From NCBI GenBank assembly GCA_052279835.1, contig CP181291.1, forward strand, positions 3,040,001-3,104,000: a stretch of DNA of 64,000 nt, in the 5' to 3' direction. This DNA comes from Microcoleus sp. Its GTDB lineage: Bacteria; Cyanobacteriota; Cyanobacteriia; Cyanobacteriales; Microcoleaceae. The notes below the pieces were generated by a model. That model was not told the origin of the DNA. It ran no database searches and saw only the letters and a list, made by a program, of their open reading frames with translations. The translations under genes were made by a program, and so were the position numbers. This document shows, in pieces, positions 42,651 through 53,894 of this stretch (position 1 is its first letter; the number at the start of each line of letters is the position of its first letter).

Positions 42651-44105
42651 TTAATGTTCCGCAGTCAAAAGATGAAATTGCTCCGTATCAATCCGATTTG
42701 CTTGATACAAAATCTGAGCAATTTCCGAAAGCGCTAACACAGAATGAGCCCGATAACCATTTACCCGCAACTTATCTTTTACTCCCTGTTCGTGGTCAAT
42801 CAAAACCACAATATCTTCCACATTCAACCCAGCAGATTTTAACTTAGCAGCCCCTTCCATCACACTCTTGCCACTAATCAAAATATCATCCACTACCACA
42901 ATAGTTTCTCCCGCCTGGAAATGCCCCTCAATTAACTTTCCCGCACCGTAAGTTTTCACTTCCTTGCGCGGAAAAATCATTGGCCGTTCCATCCGCAAAG
43001 CTAAACCCGTTGCTGTGGGTAAGGAACCATAGGGGATTCCCGCAATGCGATCGAATTTTAAGCCTTTGAGAATTTCTGCATAGGCGCTGACTATTTGGTG
43101 AAAAATTTGCGGAATTGAGATAATCTTTCGCAAGTCAATGTAATAGGGAAATACTGCTCCTGATGCTTGTACGTGGTCGCCAAAAACTACGCAGCCAATA
43201 TCATAAAGTTGCAAGATTAAATCCCGGTGAGGTTCTGGTTGCAAAAAGCAAACATCCGGTAGCCATAATTCGCAAGTAGGACTACCTGCGATCGCCCTTA
43301 GTCGCTGTTCGTTAATATTATCCCGCAATTTCTGAATTTCTAAGCGTGGCTCTTGACTCGCTAATAAACTAGGGGGGATTGGTAGCAATAAACCTTCACC
43401 ATTCTTACTTAAACCGGCCGCCAGCAATTCTGCAAGGTCGTTTTGTTCTGTCAAGTCATTTTGTTCTGGGATGTCTCCTTCAACTAAAATTAGGCGTTCG
43501 GGAGCGGCTTGACGAATCCGGGCTAACATATCCGGCATTACTCCTACTTGTAAACCGAGTTTTTCAGGGGTTCCCCAAGTCTGAGAAACTCGGACTAATT
43601 GTAGGTAAAAAGGATTTTCTGGTGTTGGATATTCTTGTAAAGCGGCGGCGGTGGGATTAGCAGTAGCACAAAGGACAAAAACAGTTTTGTTGGGATATAA
43701 TAAAAAGGGCGCTACTTGGTCGAATCCGGCATAGGGACTCAAAGTAACAGCGTCAACTTGCCAGTCTTCAAATACGGTTTTGGCAAATAGGGTGCTGGTG
43801 TTTAAATCGCAGTGTTTGGCATCTAAAATTACGGGAATGTGAGGAGGAATAATTGCTAATATTTGTTGCAGTAGTTCCCAGCCGGGAATGCCGAGAGATT
43901 GGTAAAAACCTAGGGTGATTTTGCACGCACTAATTAAGTCGGCTGTTTGGTCGATCACCAATTTAGCTTTTGCCAAGAAATCTGTGGTTATGGACAGTGT
44001 ATCTGGGAAAGTTTCGGGTTGGGGGTCTAGGGTCAAATACAGCAAACTTTGATTGCTTTCAATGGCTGCTAACAGTTTGTCGCCGATTTTTTTTTGATTA
44101 ATCAT
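42651..44105 (-). CDS. pyrFE: Bifunctional OMP decarboxylase / orotate phosphoribosyltransferase
   Basis: ILDAKHCDL (PyrF), YYIDLR, RKEVK, VVVDDILISG (PRTase); start 44105 or 44132. Confidence 0.9.
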   Translation of the reverse strand: MINQKKIGDKLLAAIESNQSLLYLTLDPQPETFPDTLSITTDFLAKAKLVIDQTADLISACKITLGFYQSLGIPGWELLQQILAIIPPHIPVILDAKHCDLNTSTLFAKTVFEDWQVDAVTLSPYAGFDQVAPFLLYPNKTVFVLCATANPTAAALQEYPTPENPFYLQLVRVSQTWGTPEKLGLQVGVMPDMLARIRQAAPERLILVEGDIPEQNDLTEQNDLAELLAAGLSKNGEGLLLPIPPSLLASQEPRLEIQKLRDNINEQRLRAIAGSPTCELWLPDVCFLQPEPHRDLILQLYDIGCVVFGDHVQASGAVFPYYIDLRKIISIPQIFHQIVSAYAEILKGLKFDRIAGIPYGSLPTATGLALRMERPMIFPRKEVKTYGAGKLIEGHFQAGETIVVVDDILISGKSVMEGAAKLKSAGLNVEDIVVLIDHEQGVKDKLRVNGYRAHSVLALSEIAQILYQANRIDTEQFHLLTAEH

Positions 44106-44234
44106 GGGGATTGGGGAATGATAATTAAACAATCAGAATGGGCTGTGAAAATTGGGATAGGAGTTTTGCGGAAGATATCGATCGCAGTTGAAGTTTAAAT
44201 TGAGAATGTTTTAAAATTGTAGAATATTAAGACC

Positions 44235-44624
44235 ATGAAATATCTAATTTTGGGATATGTTTCCTTTGGATTGATGCTTGGCGTGGTAACAACGGCGATA
44301 GCAGCTAACCCCCAACAACTCAACCAGTTGCGGGAAACTAACCAGTGTCAAGGTTGCGATTTGAGAAGCATTCCTTTACCGGAGGTGAATTTGGCAAATG
44401 CGGATTTGCAAGAGGCTGATTTGAGGGGGGCGAATCTGAGAGGGGCTAATTTGGCGGGGGCTAATTTAAGGGGGGCTTCTCTTAGCGGGGCTTCTTTGCG
44501 ACAGGCTAATTTACAAGGTGCGGATTTGACTGATGCTAATTTAATTGGGGCAGATTTAACGGGGGCTAATTTGGACAACGCTAAGCTCAAAGGTGCGACT
44601 TGGGTTGATGGTACTATTAAATAA
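44235..44624 (+). CDS. Secreted pentapeptide-repeat protein
   Basis: Signal peptide ending AIA, CQGCDL, A(N/D)Lxx repeats. Confidence 0.92.
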   Translation: MKYLILGYVSFGLMLGVVTTAIAANPQQLNQLRETNQCQGCDLRSIPLPEVNLANADLQEADLRGANLRGANLAGANLRGASLSGASLRQANLQGADLTDANLIGADLTGANLDNAKLKGATWVDGTIK

Positions 44625-44727
44625 ATAGAAGCTAATTGGTCAAGTCGCGGACGGGCTAGAAGCCCATCCCACAAGAGTTTTAAGAGATTTCACAATGCAA
44701 ACTAAATGTTGTTTAGCTGAGCAATGA

Positions 44728-45435
44728 ATGATAAATACGATCGCCTTTGAGACTTGGGACAATTTGCTACACACCTATGCTGACGATTTTGGGCGCGTGA
44801 ATTATGGGCGCTGGAAAGCTGAGTCTGCACAGGTTTTGAGAGAGTGGCTGGAAAGTTTGGCGGATGTGGATTTGGCTGCTGTGACTGATGGGAATGAGCG
44901 TCTGGCTTTGTGGCTGAATGTGTATAATGCGATCGCCATTGCTCAAGTTATTGAAGTATATCCGATCGCCTCCATCCGTCCCAAAGTTTTGGGAATTCCC
45001 AACTGGCTGAGCTTTTTGGATTTCTTCACCCGTTCAACTTGGACAATTGGGAGAAAAAAGTATAGTCTCAATCAAATCGAACACGGGATTTTGCGCCGGG
45101 AATTTAGGGAACCCCGCATCCATTTTGCGTTAGTTTGCGCTGCTGTGGGATGTCCGATGTTGCGTCGCGGGGCTTATTTCCCGGAGTCGGTACTAACTCA
45201 ACTGGAAGCAGATGCTAAGGGTTTTATTCATAATCCTGATAAGGTGAAGTACGATGCTGGGAAAAAGACCCTTTATTTGAGTAAGATTTTTGATTGGTAT
45301 GGTGAGGACTTTGTGAAGGTGGCGGGTTCGGTGGCTGGATATGTCGGTGGTTATTTGGGTGGGGATGTGGCGGTGGATAAATGTGCGATCGTTTTTTTGC
45401 CCTATGATTGGAATTTGAATCGGGTTGAGGGTTGA
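44728..45435 (+). CDS. DUF547 family protein
   Basis: ALWLNVYNA, SLNQIEHGILR, PRIHFALVCAAVGCP, LSKIFDWY. Confidence 0.9.
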   Translation: MINTIAFETWDNLLHTYADDFGRVNYGRWKAESAQVLREWLESLADVDLAAVTDGNERLALWLNVYNAIAIAQVIEVYPIASIRPKVLGIPNWLSFLDFFTRSTWTIGRKKYSLNQIEHGILRREFREPRIHFALVCAAVGCPMLRRGAYFPESVLTQLEADAKGFIHNPDKVKYDAGKKTLYLSKIFDWYGEDFVKVAGSVAGYVGGYLGGDVAVDKCAIVFLPYDWNLNRVEG

Positions 45436-45535
45436 GATTTTTTCTAACCAATTAGCTATTGAAGCCACCCTTAAAGCTCTCGAATAAAAATCTGTTTAAC
45501 CGTAAAAATGAGTGCTAATATGGATTAAGATTAAT

Positions 45536-45734
45536 TGAACCGCGAAGACGCGAAGGACGCGAAGGAAGAACCCCCCCCTGCCCCCCCAAGGGGGGAAAGA
45601 AGAAGATGCAGTTATGACTTCCCGTTCTACCCAATGAACCGCGAAGACGCTAAGGACGCGAAGGAAGAACGCCCCCCAAGGGGGGAAAGAAGAAGATGCA
45701 GTTATGACTTCGCTATCTTCGCGTCTTCGCGGTT
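45536..45734. repeat. Tandemly duplicated CGCGAAGGA-type repeat element
   Basis: TGAACCGCGAAGACGC..GATGCAGTTATGACTTC twice, closed by inverted CTTCGCGTCTTCGCGGTT. Confidence 0.75.
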
Positions 45735-45876
45735 ATTTCAAATAATTAAAAACACTATAATTATTGATATCAAATATGCTGTGCAACTTCCACAGGTGTC
45801 CTACCTTCCACCTACAATTACTCGATAACTGAGATATTGAAAGCTATCACCGCTCAAATCCTCTGGAATATACACC

Positions 45877-47277
45877 ATGATTTCAGATCAATTTCGACGA
45901 GAATTGCGATCGCAAGCCAAACTCTGGCAAGCAGAAGGACTGATCGATACTTCATTGTACCAACAACTTGCCGATCGCTACCAATTCCACACCCTCGAAA
46001 GCGCCTCGCGCAACCGATTCCTTGGCATTCTCATCAGTCTCGGCAGCATTCTCCTAGCCCTAGGAGTCATCACCTTTGTAGCAGCAAACTGGCAAGTTTG
46101 GTCGCGAGAAGCCAGAGTTGCACTGTTGTTAAGCTTATTCGTCGCAGTGAATGCAGCAGGTTTCTATCTGTGGCGAATTCCCCCTTCTCGCAGCAAAAAC
46201 TCTAATCCAAATATACCCCTAACTAAAGGGCGAAACAAACTTTTAGGTGAAGGATTGTTGCTATTAGGAGCTCTGATTTTAGGAGCAAATATGGCACTGA
46301 TGGCGCAAATGTTTCATATTGGCGGTTCTGCTTACGGACTTTTCCTCGCTTGGGGAATCGGCGTGCTCGGAATGGCTTACAGTTTGCGGTTGACTTCCTT
46401 GGGCGTTTTGTCAGCACTTTTAGTTGGTTTAGGCTATTGGCTAGCTGTGTTAGATTGGTCTTCCAAAGTCGAGTTTTCTTGGCTAGCATTGTTGGTGCGA
46501 CAAATGCCGATCGCCTCCTGTATCATGTTTATACCACTAGCTTATTGGTGTCGATCGCGTGCTATATTTGCCCTAGGTGCGATCGTCCTCATTTTTTCCC
46601 TACAAGCTTCCATAGTCCAAGGGTTAAATCCAAGCTGGGGTGCTGCAATATTTTGTGCCCTACCACCCGCTTTGTTGTGGGGATACGACGATGCAATGTG
46701 GCCGAATATACACAGCAGACTGTTTCAACCTACCACCCGCAGTTTAGCATTGATATTTTTGGCTGGTCTTTTTTACTTTTTTTCCTTCCACTGGCTGTGG
46801 CAAGATTCCCCCGCTCCTTCGCAGATTTCCCTGGATTGGAGTGTTTTGACAAATGTAGTTTTTTTGGGTGCTTTAACGGTGTTTGAGTGGCTGCATTTGG
46901 GACGTTTGGAACTGCGCCGACCAAAACAAAAAGGAGTGGATTTGACTACAGGTGCGATCGCCATTGCGATCGTCATCAGCGCCTTAATACCGTTTTACCA
47001 TCTCAATGTTTCTCCTCTCCCCCAATTAGCAACTTTTCTGTTTAACGTTTTATTATTTCTGCTAGCGGTGGGTTTAATTCGAGAAGGTTTAGCACTAGGA
47101 AACCGCCGGAGTTTTTGGGGCGGGATGGTATTGATAACTTTACAAATAATCAGCCGATTGTTTGAATACAACACTGAATTGTTGCTGAAATCTTTTGTAT
47201 TTGTGCTGTGTGGCATTGGTGTAATTGCCGCTGGTTTGTGGTTCGAGCGACACTTCGCCACCATCAAAGACGAATAA
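45877..47277 (+). CDS. DUF2157 family membrane protein
   Basis: WQAEGLID, GVITFVAANW, GANMALMAQMFH; many TM segments. Confidence 0.88.
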   Translation: MISDQFRRELRSQAKLWQAEGLIDTSLYQQLADRYQFHTLESASRNRFLGILISLGSILLALGVITFVAANWQVWSREARVALLLSLFVAVNAAGFYLWRIPPSRSKNSNPNIPLTKGRNKLLGEGLLLLGALILGANMALMAQMFHIGGSAYGLFLAWGIGVLGMAYSLRLTSLGVLSALLVGLGYWLAVLDWSSKVEFSWLALLVRQMPIASCIMFIPLAYWCRSRAIFALGAIVLIFSLQASIVQGLNPSWGAAIFCALPPALLWGYDDAMWPNIHSRLFQPTTRSLALIFLAGLFYFFSFHWLWQDSPAPSQISLDWSVLTNVVFLGALTVFEWLHLGRLELRRPKQKGVDLTTGAIAIAIVISALIPFYHLNVSPLPQLATFLFNVLLFLLAVGLIREGLALGNRRSFWGGMVLITLQIISRLFEYNTELLLKSFVFVLCGIGVIAAGLWFERHFATIKDE

Positions 47278-47378
47278 AAATCATTCATCTCTCTCTCTTC
47301 TCTTCCTCTGCGTTCTCTGCGTTCTCTGTGGTTTAATAATTCCGAAATAACCCTCAACAACATAACCCCTAGATAAAC

Positions 47379-48080
47379 ATGAACACCAACAACATTGACT
47401 TATTAACTGAAAATCCAGAACAAACAAATTTGTTTCAGCTTCCCCCGGAAGCCAAACGTATTCCCGCGTGGCGAATGTGGATTCCTTTATTGCTCCAAAT
47501 TGGACTAATTATCACCGTACCCGCTTCCGCAGTTTACACTTTTGTCACTGGTAAAACAGTGGTTTTGCAAACAGTACCAGTAGACCCTTACGATTTAATG
47601 CGCGGATATTACCAAGTTTTGAGTTATGATATTTCTCAGCAAAATAATCTCCAAAAATTACCGGGATGGAAAGAGTTACCAAGCGACAAACAACCTTGTC
47701 CATCCGGTGTTGTTTGCCCACCATCAAAGAATTACAATGTCAAGTCTGGAACCAGTTTTTATGTGATTTTGGAATCGCCCAAAACCCAGACAAATGCTGG
47801 TCGTCCCCAAGCTTGGAAACCAGTCCGCGTTAGTTTAGAAAATCCCCCCAATTTACCCGCAAATCAAATCGCCATTCAGGGTAAATATAATGGCTGGCAG
47901 ATGGAATATGGTTTGGAAACTTATTATATGCCAGAAAATGAAAGGGAAAAGGTCAATCAGGAGATTGGGGAAGCTCAAAGGGCACAGCGGGAATCTTTTG
48001 TGGTTGAAGTGAAGGTGGACAAAACAGGTCATGCAGTGCCTGTGAGTCTGTGGGTGCGACAGCGCAATTATCGCTTTTAG
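47379..48080 (+). CDS. GDYXXLXY-domain membrane-anchored protein
   Basis: PVDPYDLMRGYYQVLSY, YGLETYYMPE; usual partner of DUF2157. Confidence 0.88.
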   Translation: MNTNNIDLLTENPEQTNLFQLPPEAKRIPAWRMWIPLLLQIGLIITVPASAVYTFVTGKTVVLQTVPVDPYDLMRGYYQVLSYDISQQNNLQKLPGWKELPSDKQPCPSGVVCPPSKNYNVKSGTSFYVILESPKTQTNAGRPQAWKPVRVSLENPPNLPANQIAIQGKYNGWQMEYGLETYYMPENEREKVNQEIGEAQRAQRESFVVEVKVDKTGHAVPVSLWVRQRNYRF

Positions 48081-48240
48081 CTACGGGGTCGATCGACCGT
48101 TGTCACAAAATTTGAGTATTTATGCTGATTTGAGTGGAAATTACGGGCGATCGAGGCTTAAATTGCCGTAAGATATATAGACTTGTGCAAATCTTGCAAA
48201 TTCAACAAGGGTACAAGTTCTGACTCTACTGGAGCTTCTC

Positions 48241-49362
48241 ATGTTAGCCTCGCTAATCTCTTCCAGACGCATACTCAAAGCCCAACTACTCGAATTTTTA
48301 GGACTCCCTGACAATTGCCCAGACAAAACAGACCACCTCGTTAGCACAATTGTATCCGTGCTGGAGGTAAACCCAGCCGAACAAGAAAGATTTTGGGAGA
48401 CATTCAAAAGTGAATTAGCCGTCGAGCCAGTAGAATTAGAAAAACTGCTCAAATGTTCCTCAAAAGAACGCCAACAATGGATTGAACAAGGCAAACTCCC
48501 TGTTTTAGAATATCGCACTTTCCTCAAGTCAGGAATTCATTTAGAATATCCCGTTCACGACAGAAGATTCATCTTAACTCTCTCACAAACCGATATCAAC
48601 AGTTGGCGAAACGAACCAAAAGGGCAGATTCAGAATAATCGCAAAACACCCATCCCAATCAGTCGAGAAAGCCAGCAAGAAAAGGCAGACTCCCGATTAG
48701 CTTTTAGTTCAGCTTGGTCAAAAATTATTGCCGACTGGGAAGAACAAGGTTCTGCTGAAATTTCTGCAACTTTCCAGCTAGCTTACTGGACAGTTTGGGC
48801 TTCGCGGTGGGCCAAAGAAAATCAGCTTAACAGCGCCAAAGCTATTGAAGATAACGAAATTTACGAAATTCATCGGCAGCAATGGTATCAGCGCAAAAAT
48901 CAAGCAGTCAAGGTACTGATTGAAATGCCTTATGCTATGCTCTACTTTTATCGTCCCCACGATGCTGACAAATTGTATCTCGAACTTTGTGACGACCACC
49001 AGGAAATGATGAAAGATGATTACTATTGGGACAAGTGGGATTTTTTCTATCAAAACCGCAAACTGGTAAATAAGTGTCGCGACTGCGTTTACTGCGAAAC
49101 CAAAGATTATTATTCCCTTTATTATCTGGAAATCAAGAGTGACAAATTTCCTGATTTTAGTTTTTCTTACCACACGCCGTACACCATTGGTAGAAAGTTT
49201 TTGCCACATCCAGAAACCCTACCTAATGTAGATCACGTAGAACAGGATGGTATTTTTCGCTTCGGGAGGCCGCTGCTGGAACAGGAGAAACTGATTCATA
49301 CTGAAGAGGATGTATTGCTCAAGTTTGACGCAGCTTTAGTAGAAGCGAGAAAGTTTATTTAG
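48241..49362 (+). CDS. Hypothetical protein
   Basis: 373-aa ORF with LC..H and C..C residues (possible metal site); no family recognised. Confidence 0.7.
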   Translation: MLASLISSRRILKAQLLEFLGLPDNCPDKTDHLVSTIVSVLEVNPAEQERFWETFKSELAVEPVELEKLLKCSSKERQQWIEQGKLPVLEYRTFLKSGIHLEYPVHDRRFILTLSQTDINSWRNEPKGQIQNNRKTPIPISRESQQEKADSRLAFSSAWSKIIADWEEQGSAEISATFQLAYWTVWASRWAKENQLNSAKAIEDNEIYEIHRQQWYQRKNQAVKVLIEMPYAMLYFYRPHDADKLYLELCDDHQEMMKDDYYWDKWDFFYQNRKLVNKCRDCVYCETKDYYSLYYLEIKSDKFPDFSFSYHTPYTIGRKFLPHPETLPNVDHVEQDGIFRFGRPLLEQEKLIHTEEDVLLKFDAALVEARKFI

Positions 49363-49503
49363 TGATTATAGAACTTACGCACAGCATCTACTTATAAATT
49401 TTTGTAGGGGCTGTGCGTCATATTGTTTACGGTTGCATCGGAATGATTTAACCGCTCTTGGCGCAGAGGGCACAGAGGAGGAGAAGAGAGATGAATACAG
49501 GAC

Positions 49504-49646
49504 GATACCAACGGATTTGATATCAGCCTTAATTAATTGAGAACAATTGATGAATTTTTGAGTTTAAATTCATCCAATTTTACTACTTGAAAATCTGATT
49601 TTCGTCGCTCAAAATTGTAGCTAATCCTATCCAATCCGTTGGCATC
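49504..49646. mobile_element. MITE-like element nested in a CAGAG-type inverted repeat
   Basis: GATACCAACGGATTTGATA and TATCCAATCCGTTGGCATC are inverted (17 of 19). Confidence 0.55.
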
Positions 49647-49924
49647 AAAATTATTGAGCTTTCTCTTCTTAGACTCTGCGGACTCTGCGGTTCATGAAAA
49701 AACAGTCATCAAAAAAAAGAGAATAAGATTTTTTAAGATTAAAATCTAGCGCCACACAGTTTAGCATAGGAAGGCCAAAAGGAGATTGGATCGCGATCGC
49801 CAAAAAGAACCAAATATATCACTTCCACGGACAGATCGCGATCGCCCTAGGAAATTCAGCGTTAAGATTAAGATAGAATGAGTGACTAATTAGCTGCGAA
49901 TTCAAGTTCTCGATCAACAGAAGT

Positions 49925-50209
49925 ATGCAAAACCAGACTGACAATGGTTTCAACAATAATTTAGTCGATCGCACTTTTGCTAATTCAGCAATACCCGATC
50001 CGGCAGAATGGGTAAACGAACATCATTTTCTGGCGAATTTTGCCCATCAACTCTCCCATCTCCAACAAAATTTCTCGGATGGGGGCTGGGAAATCGGCGA
50101 TACTGGCGAGCCCGGTGAGAGTCAATTAGCTATCGACATCAAGATTAGAGAAATATTAAAAGCTAGTTTTAGCGACGACTACTGGCAGTACGTTGAAGGT
50201 TTATTTTGA
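49925..50209 (+). CDS. Hypothetical protein
   Basis: 94-aa ATG ORF in otherwise empty space. Confidence 0.5.
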   Translation: MQNQTDNGFNNNLVDRTFANSAIPDPAEWVNEHHFLANFAHQLSHLQQNFSDGGWEIGDTGEPGESQLAIDIKIREILKASFSDDYWQYVEGLF

Positions 50210-50314
50210 TATAGGGAATATGCCGTTGGGAATAGGGCAACTATAAGTGGTTGCTTTCCCTGATACATTTACGCCACCTTTTTTCTGGCGGCGGTGCCCC
50301 TCGCCCGCCCACGG

Positions 50315-51325
50315 TTAGGGCGAATCGATAGGAATTAAGATCGATCGCAAAAAACCAGCACTTTCCTCCGGTAAAGCAGTATTGATAAACATTCCGCTAC
50401 CCAACTCAAACCCAGCTTGCTTAGAAACCCTGGGAATAATCGCAATATACCAGTGAAAATACTTAGTACCCTGTTCCGCCGTGGGCACTGAGCGGATATT
50501 ATAGTTGTAATCGGGATTATTCAATCCATAATAAAGCTTAGCCAGTACAGTTTTCAAAGTATCAGCCAAGTCAGAAATCTCTGGATCGGTAATATCATCA
50601 AAGGACGAAGCATGGCGGCGGGGAAAAATCCAAATATGAAACGGTGAAAGCGCAGCATAAGGGATAAAAGCCACAAAATGTTTACTCTCAAAAATCACTC
50701 TTTCACCAGCCGCTAATTCATCTTCCAAAGTCCGGCAAAACAAACACTCTCCCGTATCATCAAAATATCTAATAGTTTCATCAATCCGGCTGCGAAACTG
50801 ACTGGGAACAACAGGGGTAGCTGCTATCTGCGAGTGAGGATGTTCTAGGGAAGTTCCGGCACTTTCACCATGATTTTTGAAGATAATAATTGTTTCAATA
50901 TGAGGATATTTTCTAATTTCTAAATAACGCTGGCGATATACTACAAGTATATTTTCAACCTCTTCAATGCTTAACAAAGCTGTCGTCAAATCATGTCGCG
51001 GATGTTCGACAATGACTTCGTGAATCCCCATTCCCGACATCCGGCGATGAATTCCCGATGAAATTCTCAATCCTTCTGCGGTTGGGGAAAGGGCGGGATA
51101 TTTATTGCGAATTGCCCTGACTTTCCAGTCAGCGCGATCGCCCAAACAGAAAGTTTCCAAAGTTCCATCTTCCTCATTTCCCACACAAAACGGACAATCG
51201 GGGCGGTGGGAGGGCAGAAATTCTGTGATTTTTTTGTGGTTGGCGAATTGATCCGGTCTTTTTGCCCGTTCAGTGGCGATGATTACCCAATCTCTGGTAA
51301 TTAGATTTTGTCTAAGTTCAGACAT
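50315..51325 (-). CDS. galT: Galactose-1-phosphate uridylyltransferase (HIT family)
   Basis: WVIIATERAKRP, CPFC, NKYPAL, SLEHPHSQ, AGFELGSG. Confidence 0.92.
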   Translation of the reverse strand: MSELRQNLITRDWVIIATERAKRPDQFANHKKITEFLPSHRPDCPFCVGNEEDGTLETFCLGDRADWKVRAIRNKYPALSPTAEGLRISSGIHRRMSGMGIHEVIVEHPRHDLTTALLSIEEVENILVVYRQRYLEIRKYPHIETIIIFKNHGESAGTSLEHPHSQIAATPVVPSQFRSRIDETIRYFDDTGECLFCRTLEDELAAGERVIFESKHFVAFIPYAALSPFHIWIFPRRHASSFDDITDPEISDLADTLKTVLAKLYYGLNNPDYNYNIRSVPTAEQGTKYFHWYIAIIPRVSKQAGFELGSGMFINTALPEESAGFLRSILIPIDSP

Positions 51326-51480
51326 TTTCTCACCTACATTGTTAGGGTCGAGCTGTCTTTTATTTTAGATTTTTTTGGCTCTTATGTCACGGGCATTTTA
51401 CAAAATTTTATAGTATTAAACCACAGAGGGCGCAGAGGACACAGAGTTAGATAAGAGAGAGATGAATAATTATGGGACAT

Positions 51481-53532
51481 CTAATCTAGCCACTCTCTAG
51501 CTATCACTAATAATTCATCTAAAGTTTCTACTGGCCAAAACCGCACTTTTCCATCCTCTGAAGCCGACAGTAAAAATTTTCCATCTCGACTAAAATAAAC
51601 ACTATAAATCGGAGTTTTTAACTCGACAAAATTTGCTTCACCGTCGCTCAAATTCCCCCGATAACCGCGATAATCTGCCAATAAATTCCCCCGCAAATCC
51701 CACAATTTAACACTGCGGTCAATTGAAGCAGTGGCCAGTGTATCTCCCGTGGGGCTAAAACAGGCACTCAAGACAGGTCCATCGTGTCCGGTGAATGTTA
51801 CCAAACAGTTGCCATAGAAATCCCACAATTTTGCAGTACCGTCATTGGAGGCAGTAGCAAGGACATCTCGATGGGGGTGAAAACAGACACTCCATACAGA
51901 GTCAAGGTGTCCGATGAAAGTTGCTACACATTTGCCTTGGAAGTTCCACAATTTGGCAGTGTCGTCTCTCGAAGCAGTGGCAATTGTCTCTCCCTTTGGG
52001 CTAAAATTAACGCTTGTTACCCAGCTTTGATGTCCGGTGAAAGTCATCAAACATTTGCCCCGCAAGTTCCATAATTTGGCAGTAGCATCTCTAGAAGCAG
52101 TGGCAATTGTATCTCCTTTTGGGCTAAAACAGACACTCCATACTGAGTCAAAATGTCCGATAAAAGTCGTTAAACATTTGCCTTGGAAGTTCCATAATTT
52201 GGCAGTTTCGTCTCTGGAAGTAGTGGCGATTCTAGGTTGATTGGGGCTGCAACTAACGCTTGTCACCCAGTCATTGTGTCCGATAAAAGTTACCAAACAT
52301 TTGCCTTGGAAGTTCCACAATTTGGCAGTGCGGTCATTGGAAGCTGTGGCGATTCTATCTTGATAGGGACTACAACTAACGCTATTTACTGATTTTTGAT
52401 GTCCGCTACAAGTTACTAAGTTGTTGCCTTGTAAGTGCCACAATCTGGCGGTGCGATCGTTGGATGCTGTAGCTAGGGAATCTCCTGTGGGGCTGAAACT
52501 GAGGCTGGTGATCCAACTATCATGGCCGCTGAATGTTGCCAAACAGTTGCCTTGTAAGTCCCAGATTTTGGCGGTGCGATCGTTAGAAGCGGTAGCGATC
52601 GCATCTCCTGTCGGGCTAAAACTGAGGCTGGTAATCCAACTATCATGGCCCGTGAATGTGACTAAACAGTTGCCTTCTAAGTCCCACAATTTGGCGGTAC
52701 CGTCATAGGATGCTGTGGCGATCGCATTTCCTGTCGGGCTAAAACTCAAGCTAGTTACCCACCCATCATGGCCGCTGAATGTCACCAAACAGTTGCCTCG
52801 GAAGTCCCACAGCTTGGCGGTGCGATCGTAGGATGCAGTGGCCAGGGTGTCTCCCTTGGGGCTAAAACAGACACTTGTCACCGATTGCTGATGTCCGCTG
52901 AATGTCACCAAACAATTGCCTTGGAAGTCCCACAATTTGGCAGTACCGTCATAGGAAGCCGTCACCAGCGCGGCCACAGTGGGGCTCAGACAGACGCTAG
53001 TTACCCAGTCGTTATGGCCGGTGAAAGTCATCAAACAGTTGCCTTGTAAGTCCCACAATTTGGCGGTTTTGTCATCGGATGCAGTGGCGATCGCACTTTG
53101 ATTCGCGCTAAAACTAACACTATTTACCCAGTCTTTGTGTCCGCTGAAAGTCACCAAACACTTACCCTGCAAGTTCCACAATTGGGCGCTACCGTCAATG
53201 GAAGCAGTGGCGATCGCATCTTGATTGGGGCTAAAACAGACACTCCTGACGGTGCTGCGATGGCCGACAAACTGATGGCGTTCGCGAATTTTGGAGAGAA
53301 TCACCTGCAAAGCCAAGAGGGGACTGGTACTGGGATAGGTAGTAACGGCCTGATGATTTAGCATCCATGTTTTTAAATTTTCCCCAGCCTTAATAGCGGC
53401 CCGCAAGGCTTCTATTTGGTGGCCGTCCGACTTAAAAAGCTCTAACGCATCGTGTCCAGCTTTTTCAATTTCCATACTTTTTAATTTGACTTGCTGATGA
53501 GCTTCCAGTTTGGTAGGTTGGTTTTGGGTCAC
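51481..53532 (-). CDS. WD40-repeat protein (14 repeats), stand-alone paralog of the C-half of 54498..57824
   Basis: 41-aa GH..V.S..FSP..ATAS.D.TAKLW repeats; shared AGHDALELF.SDG linker and KVRFWPVE tail. Confidence 0.9.
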   Translation of the reverse strand: MTQNQPTKLEAHQQVKLKSMEIEKAGHDALELFKSDGHQIEALRAAIKAGENLKTWMLNHQAVTTYPSTSPLLALQVILSKIRERHQFVGHRSTVRSVCFSPNQDAIATASIDGSAQLWNLQGKCLVTFSGHKDWVNSVSFSANQSAIATASDDKTAKLWDLQGNCLMTFTGHNDWVTSVCLSPTVAALVTASYDGTAKLWDFQGNCLVTFSGHQQSVTSVCFSPKGDTLATASYDRTAKLWDFRGNCLVTFSGHDGWVTSLSFSPTGNAIATASYDGTAKLWDLEGNCLVTFTGHDSWITSLSFSPTGDAIATASNDRTAKIWDLQGNCLATFSGHDSWITSLSFSPTGDSLATASNDRTARLWHLQGNNLVTCSGHQKSVNSVSCSPYQDRIATASNDRTAKLWNFQGKCLVTFIGHNDWVTSVSCSPNQPRIATTSRDETAKLWNFQGKCLTTFIGHFDSVWSVCFSPKGDTIATASRDATAKLWNLRGKCLMTFTGHQSWVTSVNFSPKGETIATASRDDTAKLWNFQGKCVATFIGHLDSVWSVCFHPHRDVLATASNDGTAKLWDFYGNCLVTFTGHDGPVLSACFSPTGDTLATASIDRSVKLWDLRGNLLADYRGYRGNLSDGEANFVELKTPIYSVYFSRDGKFLLSASEDGKVRFWPVETLDELLVIAREWLD

Positions 53533-53694
53533 GACTTCGCGGTCAGCTATTGCCAGTTATGGACTATTTTTTAGTTTCCCATAAAGTTATCGCACTTCAT
53601 TAAACTTTTTGGTAATCTTGAAAAAGGCGATCGTGGCACTAGCCTTAGACATCAATTTATTTCTGACACCCTAGATTACCTGAATTAACTAACT

Positions 53695-53838
53695 ATGAAA
53701 GCAATTAAAGTGATGGCAACGATTGACAACCAAGGGCAATTGTGCATTGATGAACCGTTAAATTTAGAGCAAAATAGCAAAGTAGAAGTAATTGTGCTGA
53801 TTCCCGAAGTGACAGAAAGTAATGAATATGAGCAATAA
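53695..53838 (+). pseudogene. Truncated copy of the antitoxin-like gene at 60593
   Basis: MKAIKVMATIDNQGQLCIDEPL...EQ then stop; the 47 aa match the N-part of 60593..60838. Confidence 0.75.
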
Positions 53839-53894
53839 ATCTGCTATATTTTTAAGTGTACCAATTGCCCACTGTTTCCTCCAGGTTAATTAGT

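Noticed and set aside
45535..45828. 97-aa ORF with an internal duplication
   Set aside because: Translation of a tandem DNA repeat element with a TTG start and no protein features
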